A stretch of DNA of 63,543 nt, filler included, from Hyphochytrium catenoides (GCA_900088475.1; 16 parts of 16 records of this genome joined end to end with filler, not necessarily neighbours in it), one strand, 5' to 3'; shown: positions 1-12,533, counted from the first letter of the whole stretch. The notes: generated by a model not told the origin, from the letters alone. Program-made: numbers and translations.

Positions 1-466
1 TCTTTCTCTCTTTCTCTCTTTCTCTCTTTCTCGTAAGAGACTCTCCTGCTCCATCTTTTTCCTCTCCTTCCGTCCATGACTTTTGGCGATGATGTGGGAG
101 GAAAGAGAAAAGAGTTCTGTCTGTATCCACTAACTGCCAGGAGGGGCGGATGGAGTTCCGGGCCTCTCTCTCTCTCTCGTCTCATCTCTTCCCCTTTCTC
201 ATCATGATCTTTTCTCTCTCTTCTCTCCCCGTTTCTCCTAACATTGGCCAATATTCTTGGGACGAGAAGAGAGAAGAGAGGATTCTCTTTTCTGGTCAGC
301 GTTTCCGCTTTCTGTTCCATGTGTCTCTTCTATTCTGCTGTCTTCCCTCTTTCTCTCTCTTCCCTACCTCTCTATCACTAGATTCTCTTCTCTCTCTCTT
401 GCTGTCCAAGTTAAAAGTCTTTCTCTCTTTCTCTCTCCTCGCTCCCCTTCCTCTCTCTCTCCCTTC

Positions 467-521
<55 letters not shown>

Positions 522-838
522 TTCTCTCCAGAACTCCGCCTTCCCCCTCCCTGCCTCCTTTGTACAGATCAGAACGTACTTTTTCTCGCACTGCCATTCA
601 TTGTTCACTTCCTGTCCACGCTCTCTCTCCCTCTCTATCTTCTAAATGCCTGGATAAAGCGCTACTCTGTCTCGCCTGATTCAGAGGCGCAGAGCCACAG
701 AGAGCTTTGGCTTGGGGGTTTCGGTTCTAAATGTCCCAAGCTTTTACTGTGCGTTCCAGCAACGGGAGACAGAGTAGCTCATTGCCAATACAGAGTTTAG
801 ATGAGACGTCCTTTTACCATTGAATAAGTACTTTTACC

Positions 839-1625
839 ATGAAGACAGTGTCTATGAGAGATATGTCTGTAAGCACACTAGAGAGGGGCAGGAAAGTGAT
901 GACAGGCAGGCTACTTTACTTCTGTCCGTTCTGGCAGAATATCCTGAGACAGAGTCCACACCCGAGGAAGACAGAGCCAGCGATATATCCGTATATCCAG
1001 CGGATTACTATGATAACGAGACAGCAAGAGCACAGCATAGATGCGCTTTTCTCTCAAGGAGATGGTGAAAATGAGAAAAAGGTGGACAGAAGGAGGGACT
1101 CAGACTCTTCAAAACCCCTATCAACCGCCTATAGGAGACACCCCTAATCGCTCTCATGGCGCTAATATTGGCCTTCTTTGAAAGCTCTCCTTTTAAGGGT
1201 CAGCCTCTGTCCTTCTGTGCGGGGGTCGGGTTCTGTGGTGTAGGACCTACATTTCTAAAAATCGGCTCCCCCCTCGTCCATCAGCCAGAATCTAGAACAC
1301 CCCATGATATATGTTTATCCCTTGATGAACCTACTCAACAAACCAATATATTATGGAGTTATGGAGCTCCTGAAAGTGTTCAGGGGCCTTGAATACAATG
1401 GGTAGCTGGCCTTCGACTAGGATTTCTTGCTTATTTGGTCTGAGAATAGAACAGGACATCGCCCATAGTTCTAATTTTGTCTCTACTTTGTCGCATTTTG
1501 GAATCTCTCCCTCTATTATAGCCAAAGGTGAGAATACGTAGATCTATACACTGGAACGTCAGCTCCAAACCCTTTTGAGGAGTTTGCGGTTACCCCTGAC
1601 TTATTCGTAATGGCAGAAATATAAG
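839..1625 (+). mobile_element. Possible heavily deleted DIRS-like retroelement relic
   Basis: GA-poor island. Peptides GRLLYFCPFWQNI...IDALFSQG and YVYPLMNLLNK resemble the DIRS RT N-terminus (GRL..F...W) and the YxFPP motif region. Many stops. Weak motif recall only. Confidence 0.25.
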
Positions 1626-1868
1626 AGATCAGAGCCAAGAACAGTAGCAGATACTCCTAAGAAGTGGACGAGACAGAGAGGACAAAGAGACAAAATGGAT
1701 GAGAGAAGGAAAGAGAGGGAGAACAAGAAAGAGACAGAGTAAGTGTGAAAGAGAGAGAAGAGCGAGACGAAGGTTGAAAGAACAACCAAGAGCGGAAAAG
1801 TGTGAGAACGAGACAGAGCGAGCGAAAGAAAAAGAGAGAGAAAGAGAGAGAGAGACACAGAAAGCGAC

Positions 1869-1904
<36 letters not shown>

Positions 1905-1914
1905 NNNNNNNAGA

Positions 1915-1958
<44 letters not shown>

Positions 1959-2479
1959 AGAAACAAGCTGACGAGACGGAGTCACTGTCTCCTCCTCCTC
2001 CATTTGGAGCACATAAGCGGCGGAGGGACTATGTACCCGAGTCAGAGAGAAGCAACTGAAGACGAAGAAGAAGAGCAAAGGACAGTTGAAGAAAAGGAAG
2101 AGAGAGAGAGATGAGGCCAGCCAAGAGAGAATCTGACAGTTAAAGGCTGTCTCTCTCGTCCCTTGTTCCACTTCTCTTTCTCTCTCTTTCCCAGCTCTTG
2201 TATGCTGACGTCAAGCAGTGAGACATTGATGATGTTTCTCTCTCTCTCTCTCTTGTTTCTCTCTCTCTCTCTCTCTCTCTCCATTGTTCTCCAGGAGAGA
2301 CTGAGAAGAAGGGTCCTGGGACAGTCGGGAAGGTTGACTAAGGGTTCCTTCATCGCCGTAAAGAAAAGAAGAGAAAAGAGAAACTACTGAGACAGAAAGG
2401 AAAGGAAGGCGTACTGACCAGAGATGTTTTTCCCTTTTTTTTTTCTCTGAAAGTACTAAACTATAGACTGTGCGGAAAC

Positions 2480-2544
<65 letters not shown>

Positions 2545-3393
2545 GAGAAAGAGGGGAGAGAGGGAGAGAGAGAGAGAGAGAGAGGGAGGAGAGAGGGAGA
2601 GAGAAAGAAATATAAAGAGGGAGATATAAAGAGGGAGATATAAAGAGAGATAAAAGAGATAAAGAGGGAGAGAGAGAGAGAGGGAGGAGAGAGGGAGAGA
2701 GGAAGGAGAGAGAGAGAGGAAGAAGAGAGAGAGAGAGTGAGGGAGAGAGAGAAAAGGGAGAGGAGAGCGAGCAAAAGAAATGGTAACATGAATCACTCAC
2801 TGGCCTTTAACCATGAACGCACACTGACCCAAAGGGTCACGTGGCAGCCAGACAGAGGGCAGTTAGATAGAAGGATCTAAAGGAGATAAACGGGGGAGCG
2901 AGAGAGAGAAACAATGAGAGAAAGAGAAAGAGATGTTCTTCTTGGCCGTTACTGTTTCTTTCTTCCTGCTGTCATTGTGAGGATGACGCCGCCTCCCCAA
3001 TTTGGAGACTGTCTCTTGCGGCAGTACCTCCTCTTACAGGCGCGAGATAGTGAAAGAGGAGAGAAGAGAAGAAGACGCCGCGCGCGAGAAGAGAGAGAGA
3101 CAGAGAGAGAGACGGAAGATAGGCCACGACATTCAACGACTCATCATCTCCACACCAGAGCTTTCCTTCTCGATATCTCTATAGGAGATGATCCTCCGCC
3201 GCTTCTCGTAGCATCTGTGTTGATGTCCTGTTCTCTCTCTCTCTCTCTCTCTCTCTCCTTTCTCTTTGGCTCTGACCTACTCTGCCTGATTCTGTACAGT
3301 ACCTTGAGGATGATGCCTCCGACTCTTTTACCTTCTTCTTGCTCTCCTTTCTCTCCTTTTCTCTCTTGTTCTCTCCTTTCTCTTGTTCTCTCT

Positions 3394-3449
<56 letters not shown>

Positions 3450-4509
3450 AATAATTCCCCGCGAGCAATGTAGATATATCGAAAAGAAGAAGCGAGAAGC
3501 GTCAACATGAAGTACCATTTTCCTCTCTTTCTGTCGCTTAGCATTACTTTTCTCTCTCATTCTCTCTGTGTCTCTCCCTCTTTCTCCCTCTGTCTTCCCT
3601 TTGTCCCTCTTCCCTTCATATTCTATTTCAATTGTAATTACTTATCTCTCGTTTTTGCTCTCTCTCTCTCTCTCTCCCTCTCTTTTCCCATGAGAAGGAT
3701 AAACAAGGCATTAGAAGGCAGCCTGCTGGACGTGTTATCATAGCATCCATTTTCCTTCTCTTTCTCTCTCGCTGAGACATACGAATGAGTGGAGGAGAAA
3801 AAGGGAAGGCGAGAGAGAGAGAAAGGAAAGAAAAGAGAAGAAAGAGGTGGCCAAGGTTGATTTACTGCTTTCTCTCCTCTTCTCCCTTAGAAGCAGACAC
3901 CGAGAAAGAGAAGACAAATAAACTTAGAGACAGAGAAAGGGAGAGAGAGAGGTGTCACCGTCACTTGATCAGTTTCTCTTCTTTCCTCGGATTTATTCAA
4001 AGACAAGAGAGAAAAGTTGGATACTAAGAGAAGAGGAGAGAGAGAGGGGGAAGAAAGAGAGAACCAAGAAAGCAGGAAGACAGAGAGAGACACACGAAGA
4101 AGAAAGACAAGAAGAGAAAGAACGGCAAAGAGACCTTGAGAATTGTTACAAGTGGAGAGGAAGGAAAGCAATCCGACGCGAGTGAACGGAAGAGATAAGA
4201 GAATTCGTCATCCTCTTGATACAGTTCTTCTTGATTTTCTTCTGTCTCTTCTCTCCGTTTTCTCTCATCATTAACTTGTATATTGAAGGGATAACAGAGA
4301 GAGAGAAAGAAGGAAAGAGAGAAGGGGAAAGAGAGGGAGAGAAAGGGAAAGCCTGTGCACTAGTGAGATCACAAGTTTTGTCAACCTCTTTGTAATCCTT
4401 CCCTCTCTTTCTCTTCCTTATTTGCTCTCTCTCTCTCTCTCTTGTTGTCCATTAGCCTATACCTCTTCTTCCCCGCTTTTGCTCTTTCGTCCGCACTCTC
4501 TCTCTCTCT

Positions 4510-4882
4510 CTATGTCTCTCCCAGTACAAGCTTTCTGACAGTAAGAGAGAGACCATCTTCATCATTGGAAGGGACAATCATCTTCGCTCTCTTCTTCACG
4601 CTTTCCATCGCATTTCCCATGGCGCAGCCTAAACCCACTAAGCCTAACATTTCTATGTCATTCTCTCCATCACCGAAAGCGATGACTCTTTCGGGAGAAA
4701 TTTTCAGGAGAGAGAGAGCGAGAGAGAGACCAACGCTCTTGTTGACTCTCTCCGGTAAGATTTCTATGGCCCAGTCTAGGGCTTGTGTGAGGGAGACAGG
4801 ATCGGAAGAGAGAAGTGTTTCGAGGGAGGGACGAACACGTTTGGCCTAGTGGGAGAGAGAGAGAAGAAGAAGAAGAAGAGAG

Positions 4883-4917
<35 letters not shown>

Positions 4918-5046
4918 GCCAGTGTTAGAAGGCATAGCCATAAAGGAGAGACGGAGCGGGCAGGGGAAGGAGAAGAGAGATACATCGTCACGTTGAAGAA
5001 GCTGAGGAGTAAGACATAGGAGAACTAAAGAAAGAGCGAGAGGTGG

Positions 5047-5079
<33 letters not shown>

Positions 5080-5998
5080 AAGTAAGACNNNNNNNNNNNN
5101 NNNNNNNNNNNNNNNNNNNNNNNNNNNNNNNNNNNNNNNNNNNNNNNNNNNNNNNNNNNNNNNNNNNNNNNNNNNNNNNNNNNNNNNNNNNNNNNNNNNN
5201 NNNNNNNNNNNNNNNNNNNNNNNNNCTCTTCTTCTCCTCCTCTTCCTCTCTCCCGGTCTCTCTTTCTAACTCTCTGCCCTCGTGGCCTCTCTCTCTCTCT
5301 CTCTCTCACCTCATCTCCATCCTTGAGCAAAAAGACGGCTTTATTCACTTCGATTCCTTTCTCTTTCACATAGAGAGAGAGATCTCCCACTGCCTCCGGC
5401 ACCGGCTCTCGATAGGGAAGAAGAGCTTGCACTCTCTCCGTATATCTCTCTACCAGGATGCGAGTAGATGTATAGAGAGCGAGAGACAGCTCTTTCTCTT
5501 TCGCAAATGTGATGAGAGAGAGAACAGAAGCGGGAGAGAGAGTGACAGAATGCACCGTCTCTCCCTCTCCGTCCACGACAAGGAGTCCCTGCAGGAGAAC
5601 AGCGGGGAATCCCTTGACTTTCAGCCTTCTCTCTACCTCCTCATACCATGAGCCCCTGCTCTTGCCTGTGAAGACAGAAAGAGAGAAAGAGAGAGAAAGA
5701 GAAGAGAGAGAGAGAGAAAAGAGAGTAAGAGAGAGCAAGGTAGCGAAAGTAGAGAAACCGTGTACAGCAATTGGATCTTGTCTCCTCTATTCCTCTCTTT
5801 CTCTTATCTATCCCTGTCTTTCTGGTTCTCTCCTTCTCCCTCTTTCTCTGTTCTTACTCTGTGTCTCTCTCTTTGTCCTTCTCTCTCTCTCTCTTTCTTT
5901 ACATGCCTCACCACGTCTCCCGTCTCCCCCGAAGTAGCCCTTGATAATATAGTGCGCCTCTCTCCACAATGCCTCTCTCTTCTCGGTCTCTCTCCGCT

Positions 5999-6032
<34 letters not shown>

Positions 6033-6179
6033 TTCGTGCCTAGTACCTGTACAAAGAATGACTGGTATTCCTCTGTCTATCGCCGCGTTCAGCGCCTCGA
6101 CAGTGCTCTCCCGCAGCTCGTGGCCGCTGGTCAACAGCGTACCATCCACATCCGTCGCGATCGCTAGGAACTGAGACAT
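4510..6179 (-). CDS. Cof-type HAD superfamily (subclass IIB) phosphatase, 3 exons (6179-6047, 5665-5310, 4845-4510)
   Basis: Motif I IATDVDGTLL; motif II ILCTGK across a GT-AG junction; motif III/IV VNKSVGL...IAFGDGENDIEML...AMGNA...SNDEDG; ends in TAG. Confidence 0.93.
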
Positions 6180-6717
6180 CCTCCAAGAGAGAGAAAGAGA
6201 GAGAGAAAGAGAGAGAAAAAGAAAAGAGAGAGAGATGAATGGAGGAGAAAATGCGGCGTGGAGGGGAGAGTGGGGAGCACGAGGAAGAAGAAATGAGTGC
6301 TGATGTGAAGATAGTTAAGCGGGAGAGAGAGAGAGAGAGGCTTTCCGTCTACAACGCGCTAAGGAAGTGTAGAAATGACTTTTGAAGAGGAATGGAAAGA
6401 GGAGACTGTCATCTCTCTTCTCTCTTTTTCTCGTCTGCACTAGGTAGTCTTTCTCTCTCTCTCTCTCTCTTATCAGTATGCTTCCTTGTACAACAATGTC
6501 TTTCCAATTTGCCGCTCTCTCAAAAGTTCTTGGGAGGACTGAAGAGAAGAGAGAGAAGAAGGAGAAAGGGAGAGAGAGAAGCATCTTTCTTTGCTCGTCG
6601 AGACCTCAACTTTCTCTGGAGTCTGCATCTTCCGAGAGAGGGAAGTTGAAGATCCGCAAGCTCTTGTGGGCCTTAGAGATGATGTCAGCTGGTGGAGAGA
6701 ATGGGATAGAGAGAAAC

Positions 6718-6781
<64 letters not shown>

Positions 6782-7784
6782 GAAGAGGGGCGGAGCTCGC
6801 ATGTAGCCCACGTCCAAATGAGAGAAGGGAAAGGGAAGCGAAAACAGTGAAAGGACAGACCAGCTATGCAGGGGAGAGAAAAGAGAGAGAGAGAGGAAGA
6901 GCGGTAAAGGGAAAGAGAAAATTGGAGAGAGAGGGAGAGCGAGAGCGAGAGAGAGAGAGAGAGAGCGAAGAAAAAGAGAGAGACAACGAAAGAGAGAGAG
7001 AGAGAGCCTTGTGCATATATTCAAACCAAAAAGAGCCAGTACACTGGATATCTTTCGCTCACGTCCCATGGCGGCATATCTTTAGGCTACCTTGCTTCTG
7101 ATATACTTTTAGTGAGAGCGCTACCGGCGAACGACAAGACAAGAAAGACAGTAAGGCAGATCAGAACAGCGATTAATCAAGTTTCTGATCTTTGTCAAAA
7201 AAGCAAAGGTTTCATATCTTCCAATGAATAAAAATCTTGAAATATTTCCATCAGCATCGGTTACAGGGGTGGTTGGATGGATTCTTCTCTCTCTCTCCTC
7301 TCTCTCCCCCCCTCTCTCTCTCTNNNNNNNNNNNNNNNNNNNNNNNNNNNNNNNNNNNNNNNNNNNNTTAATTAATTAANNNNNNNNNNNNNNNNNNNNN
7401 NNNNNNNNNNNNNNNNNNNNNNNAGAAAGAACGGGGAGAAAGGATGGGGAAGAGAGAGAGAGAGACATCTTTGAAAAAGGAGGCAAGAGCGACAGAGAGA
7501 GAGAGACAGAAAGTAGGAAGGGCATTGGAACTCGGCAGTCAGGAAGGACATTGCCATCAAAAAAGACCAAAGAGAAGGTTAATAGAATGGCAGATAGCGG
7601 CAGCTGAACGGACCTTCTCTCCGTCCGTCTTCTTTCTCCCTTTCCCTTTCCCCTTCTGTCTTCTCGCGCTCTCCCTGTGTCTTTCTCTCTCTTTCCGTGC
7701 GTCTCCTCTCTCTCTCTCTCCTTGTCTGTCTCTGTGTGTTTGTGTGTCTTTGTCTCTAAGTGCGACCCTTGCGTTGCGTTGTAG

Positions 7785-9183
7785 GTTCGGCTCAACAAGC
7801 TCTGCAGAGAGCTGAATATTCGCTTCTTCTGCTTTGATACGTTTGGGATGCACGGCCTGCTCTTCATAGATCTTATTCAACATGAGTTCAGGAGGTAGAG
7901 AGCTTTCTCTTGTCTGTCCTCCAGCTCTTCTTCTTTTTCCTGCAGTCGCATCTCTTACTTTCTTTCTCTCTCTTCTTCCCGAGTACTCCGATGGCACTTA
8001 AGGCTCCTCTTTCTACATCTTTCTAGCTCTGATCTGACGATCATCTGTCCACCTTCTTGTCACTCTGCTGTTTCTCGCTTTCTTGTTCCCCCTGTGGATG
8101 GCTGGGCCTCCCTCTTGTTTCTCCTGAAACTCTCCTTTATCTTTCTCTCTCTCTGTATGTATCTCTTGCTTACCCGTCTCTCCCTCACTCTCTCATTTTG
8201 CGGATAGACTGTTTACTGACTGACTCTGTTCGGCAGGCAGCCAGAGTCCAACGGTCCTCAGAAACCTATCGAAAAAGCGGGTTTCGTGAGCCTAGAAGAC
8301 GCTCTTTCTCTCTCCTGGGGCAGCTTAAAACGTCCAGGACGAAGAGGACAGCATGTTTCTCGCGTCCTTATAGCAGCTCATGGTACTTAGGCCAAGTGTC
8401 TCTCTCCCTCTCCTTTAGAAAGCTTGTAACGTATCTCTGTCTTCTCTCTCTTCTACAAAGGTTTGTCTTGATGGCCTTCAAAGCCTATCTTCTCCGTATC
8501 CTCCTTTCTTTTTCTTTCTGTCTCTCTCTTATTATCCCCCTCCCTTCGACAACTCTTTTCTCTGTCCTCTCCACTATAAACACGCGTTGTTTCTCTCTCC
8601 TTCTCTTTCGCACTCTCGTTTACAACTCTTTCTCTTTCCAGCTCACTATAAGCATCTCTCTATACACAGCCCTTCACAGGTTTAAGTCAAGTCGTGGCCG
8701 GCTTCCTGGCAGTGCCAGTGATCCGGATGCCCAGGAGTACGAGGCGACAGTGAGAGAAGTTGTAAGGGAAAATGACATCCCAGAGTCCCATGTTGACCAG
8801 CCATTTATTAGGTGAGTGCCCCTCTCTTTCTCTCTCTTTCCCTCTCTCTCTCTTTCTCTCTCTCTCTTTTTCTCTTTCTTTTTCTCTCTCTCTCTTTCTT
8901 TCTCTCCTTTCTTGGCCAGTTTAAGTAGACCATGGCGTCTAAACCTCTGTCCATCTCCAGTACCAGTGCTTTTACTTTTCTCGGTCTCGCTCAAGGACTC
9001 TATTCCTCTCTCTGTGAATATTCTCTCTCTCTTCTCTCTTCCTTTCTCCCTTCGTCCACCTAACGCTTCTCCTGCAGAGATGTTGCCCGGTCCTGTACGG
9101 CGGAGATAGCTCCGGTCTGCGCCATCATGGGCGGGATAATAGGCCAGGAGGTAGTGAAGGCGATCTCAGGGAGAGACGAGCCT
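7785..9183 (+). CDS. SAE1: SUMO-activating enzyme subunit 1 (Aos1), partial; exons 7785-7894, 8237-8382, 8670-8811, 9078->9183
   Basis: Spliced frame gives RLNKLCRELNIRFFCFDTFGMHGLLFIDLIQHEF, FVSLEDAL and EIAPVCAIMGGIIGQEVVKAISGRDEP, typical of SAE1/Aos1. All junctions are GT-AG and in phase. Confidence 0.85.
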
Positions 9184-9603
9184 NNNNNNNNNNNNNNNNN
9201 NNNNNNNNNNNNNNNNNNNNNNNNNNNTTAATTAATTAANNNNNNNNNNNNNNNNNNNNNNNNNNNNNNNNNNNNNNNNNNNNAGAGAGAGAGAGAGAGA
9301 GAGAGGGAGAGGGGAAGAGAGGCAGGAGAGAGAGAGAGAGAGTAGGGAAATTGCGAGAGCGGGTGATAGAGAGAAGAGGAGATAGGACGGTGTAGGAGGA
9401 AAGTAAAAAAGAGGGGATGAGCAGGAAGTGGAAGATGGGAAAGAGGGCAGAAGAAGCGGGTGAGAGCGAAGAAGAAGAGGTTCAGAAGAGGAAAGAGGTT
9501 GACCAGGGAGGAGGCTGTTAAAAGAGCTTTGTGTCCAGTTGCCACCAACCGCCTTTCACTGGCCCGCTAGCCATCACTTGGGACAGCTCGGTCCTTTTCT
9601 GCG

Positions 9604-9728
9604 CTCCACGTCTTGGAAAGGATGGGCTGTGAGAAGAAGGCGTTCTACCTCCTGCAGGCAGCAGCCCATCCACGTCTTTGAAAGGATGGGCTGTGAAGAA
9701 GAGGTTTTACCTCCTGCAGGCAGCAGCA
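9604..9728. repeat. Imperfect ~64-nt tandem duplication
   Basis: tccacgtcttKgaaaggatgggctgtga...tacctcctgcaggcagcagc occurs twice. Confidence 0.8.
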
Positions 9729-10568
9729 GGAGCACCAGCAGAGAAGGGGTCAAGAGTTGGAGAAGGAAGGGACCGAGGAAGACGGGCAGTGAGGATCGAG
9801 GAGTTCTGTTGAGAAAGACGAGAGTGATGGACGATGTGTGGGACAGTCTTCTTAAAAAGAGACTCGGGATTCTTGTGAGGCTGAGAGGAAAAGAGACACG
9901 TAGAAGCAGGAGAGAAAGAGAAGAGAGCACCTTTCGACCCCATCCTCTCGCTCCTCTTCTGATCTTCTCCTTCACAGCGGAAGTTTCTCTTCACATCTTC
10001 TGTCATGTCTGTCATCTTCCCACGATTCTCTTGACTTTTCCGTTTTCTCTCCTTATCTTTCCTTTCTTCGTCTCGCTTAGCTCTGTCAAGGTGTCCATGG
10101 CGCTCTTTTTGCTGCTAATGTCCCCTTTCCCTTCCGTTGATTCGTTCTCTGCTTTGCGCCATGTCTTCGGGTGGATCTCTCCTTTCAGTTATCTCTGTCT
10201 CTCGTCTTCTATCATTTCTTTCCCTTCCCACCCTCTCTTTCTCTCCGGAATAGAAGGGGTAGGAAGAAGTATTAAGTCTTTATGCAAAGAAGATGTCAAA
10301 TAAAAGCTCTATCACTTCTCTTTTGTCATTTTTGGTCTGAGCAGAATGGGAAAGAAGAACTCCTCTTACAAGGGTCGTCACCGCAAAGGTTACAAAGAGA
10401 AAAGAGAAGCTAGCTAAGTGGGTTCACCCTCTCTCAATCCTCTCTCTCTCTTCGTCACTCCTTCCCATTGGTCTTGGAGGAGCATCAGGCGAGCATCAGG
10501 AGTTTATCTTTATCCCTGTTTTCTCTCTCTTTCCCCTCTCTCGCCGTCATTTTCTCTCTCTGTCTTTG

Positions 10569-10601
<33 letters not shown>

Positions 10602-10615
10602 TTCTCCTCCTTCAT

Positions 10616-12121
10616 TCACATCTCTAGGAGCTTCTCATGCCCAAACTTATTCAGACAGAGCTCATAAACTGTCGCCAGCAGTCGTTCCTGATACTCTGAC
10701 TGCTCCGCAAAGTCTTGAGGCAGCGCACTATGAGCGCACCCTCCCATCTTCTTCGTCCGTCGTTGAGGCTTGAGAGGCGAACAAAGTTCCCACCAAAGCC
10801 CACTTTCTTCCGTGTTCTGACTGCGGAAGGCCTTGACCACTTCTTGGTTGATAAGATTATGATGGAAAGCCAGGACGGAGTGCGGGAAATAATAGAGAAG
10901 AAGAAGCGGGACAGCCACGTCGATCGGCCACTCGATCGGCCAGATCTTCTCCAAGATGAGCTCTGCAGCCTCTCGAGAGATGATATAGCTGTGGAAGCAG
11001 GCAAAGGTATAATGCTCGTGGTAGAACGCCTTCCGATTGACGCCTTGCTCGACGACAAAGTTGTTGCTCTTCGTGACAGTGGGAGAGAAAGGGACACGAT
11101 ACTCCTCTCTCCGAGAGCAATCGCCCAGAAAGAGAGCGTGCCAAGGCTTGTCTTTTATCTCCTTGAGAAGAAGAGGAAGCTCCTCGTCGAAGAAGTAAGC
11201 AGAGGCGCAAAAATCATCTTCAAAGATCATCCCGTAGGAGAGATTTCTTCTTACTATGTCAGCGTAGACGGAGAGATGAGAGAGAGAGATGCTGAACTCT
11301 GAGATGGACGTCCGTCTGTTTCTATAGCCGTAGAAGCCCATAGAGTCGCTGTCTCCTACAAGCTGCGTGACATTTCTTTGAAAGTCTTTCCAGATCCTCT
11401 CCGGGAAGGGAGCGACGCCCCACTCTCTCTTCCCATACGCACGCCAGATCTCATACTTTTTCTTGGAGAGACCCAGCCAGTCCAGCGTTTTTGAGGCTTC
11501 CTCCTGCTTGGCCGTCTCTCCTTGAAGAGAGAGAACGTAGACGTGGTCTACCAAGTCAAAGACAGTCTTAGGGTCATCTGCTATTCCTTCTCTCTCTCTC
11601 TCTGCCTCTTTCTCTCGCCCGTCCTGCTGCTGAGCAGGCTTTTTATAGGCGAGCTTGGGGTCCAGCCGTGCATAATATTCCTCTCCAAACTTCTTCCGGA
11701 AGAGCTTCTCTAACTCATCGTTGTCCGCCCGAGAAGGTTTCTTTATTTCCTCTCTCTCCTCGTCGAGAGCCTCTCTCTCTCTCTGTGCCGCTTGTTCCTC
11801 TTCCTCCTTTAGCGGCGTCCGAAAGAGGATGTTCTGGATCTCTCTCTCAGCGTTGAAGCTGTCTCCTTCCTCGTTCCCGTCTCTCTTTCCTCTATTGTCA
11901 ACATGTAAAGTATGGGGAATGGGATGTCTTTCTCTCTCTTTTTCAAGACTAGATAAGGAGAAAGAAGGAGAGAAAGAAAAGTAGGAGAGAGAGACGACTA
12001 TCAGCCCCAAGAGCGAGAGAAGAAGGATTGTTCCTGCAGAAGAAGGAAGAAAAGAGGCTCCAAAGTACCAAGAGAGAGAGCCTTGAAGGCTTCTCTCTCT
12101 CCCTGACAACGAGCGCTTCAT
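10616..12121 (-). CDS. Glycosyltransferase family 25, type II membrane protein, apparently intronless
   Basis: N-terminal TM segment (TILLLSLLGLIVVSL) and acidic stem, then GT25 motifs HVYVLSL, EFSISLSHLSVYADIV...MIFEDD and SYIISREAAELIL...PIEWPID. Confidence 0.82.
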   Translation of the reverse strand: MKRSLSGRERSLQGSLSWYFGASFLPSSAGTILLLSLLGLIVVSLSYFSFSPSFSLSSLEKERERHPIPHTLHVDNRGKRDGNEEGDSFNAEREIQNILFRTPLKEEEEQAAQREREALDEEREEIKKPSRADNDELEKLFRKKFGEEYYARLDPKLAYKKPAQQQDGREKEAEREREGIADDPKTVFDLVDHVYVLSLQGETAKQEEASKTLDWLGLSKKKYEIWRAYGKREWGVAPFPERIWKDFQRNVTQLVGDSDSMGFYGYRNRRTSISEFSISLSHLSVYADIVRRNLSYGMIFEDDFCASAYFFDEELPLLLKEIKDKPWHALFLGDCSRREEYRVPFSPTVTKSNNFVVEQGVNRKAFYHEHYTFACFHSYIISREAAELILEKIWPIEWPIDVAVPLLLLYYFPHSVLAFHHNLINQEVVKAFRSQNTEESGLWWELCSPLKPQRRTKKMGGCAHSALPQDFAEQSEYQERLLATVYELCLNKFGHEKLLEM

Positions 12122-12499
12122 CTTCAAAGAGCGTCTTGAAGACTCAGCCCGTTCATCTTGCGCCGCATCCTTTGCGGCTCTCTTTCTCTCTTTCTCTCTC
12201 TCTCTCCTTCCTCTTTTAATAGCCTAGCCAAGGTGGGCTGCGCGGCGGAGAAGGTCAAGGAGAAGAAGATAGGAGGCAGCCGCCGCCGAGGAGTCAATGC
12301 CAAGGATGTGAAGAGAGAGAAAGAGAGAGACACAACGAAGGCCAGTTTAGAAGCTCAGCCGTCCTTTGTGCTACAGCATCAAAGGAGGAACGACCGTCAC
12401 GGAGGATACTGGAGGATGGGGCAGCGGCAGCTTGGTACTTGGCGCTCCTCCCTCGCCCCTCCTCCTCGTCTTTCTCTCTCTCTCTCCCCTCTCTCTTTC

Positions 12500-12533
<34 letters not shown>

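Noticed and set aside
7368-7379. Recurrent TTAATTAATTAA palindrome as a biological motif or CRISPR-like repeat
   Set aside because: Always centred in N44 flanks; it is an assembly concatenation linker.
7557-7997. 146-aa minus-strand ORF
   Set aside because: Antisense shadow of an SAE1 exon and its flanking introns.
10468-11302. Plus-strand ORFs overlapping GT25
   Set aside because: Antisense shadows with no recognisable motifs.
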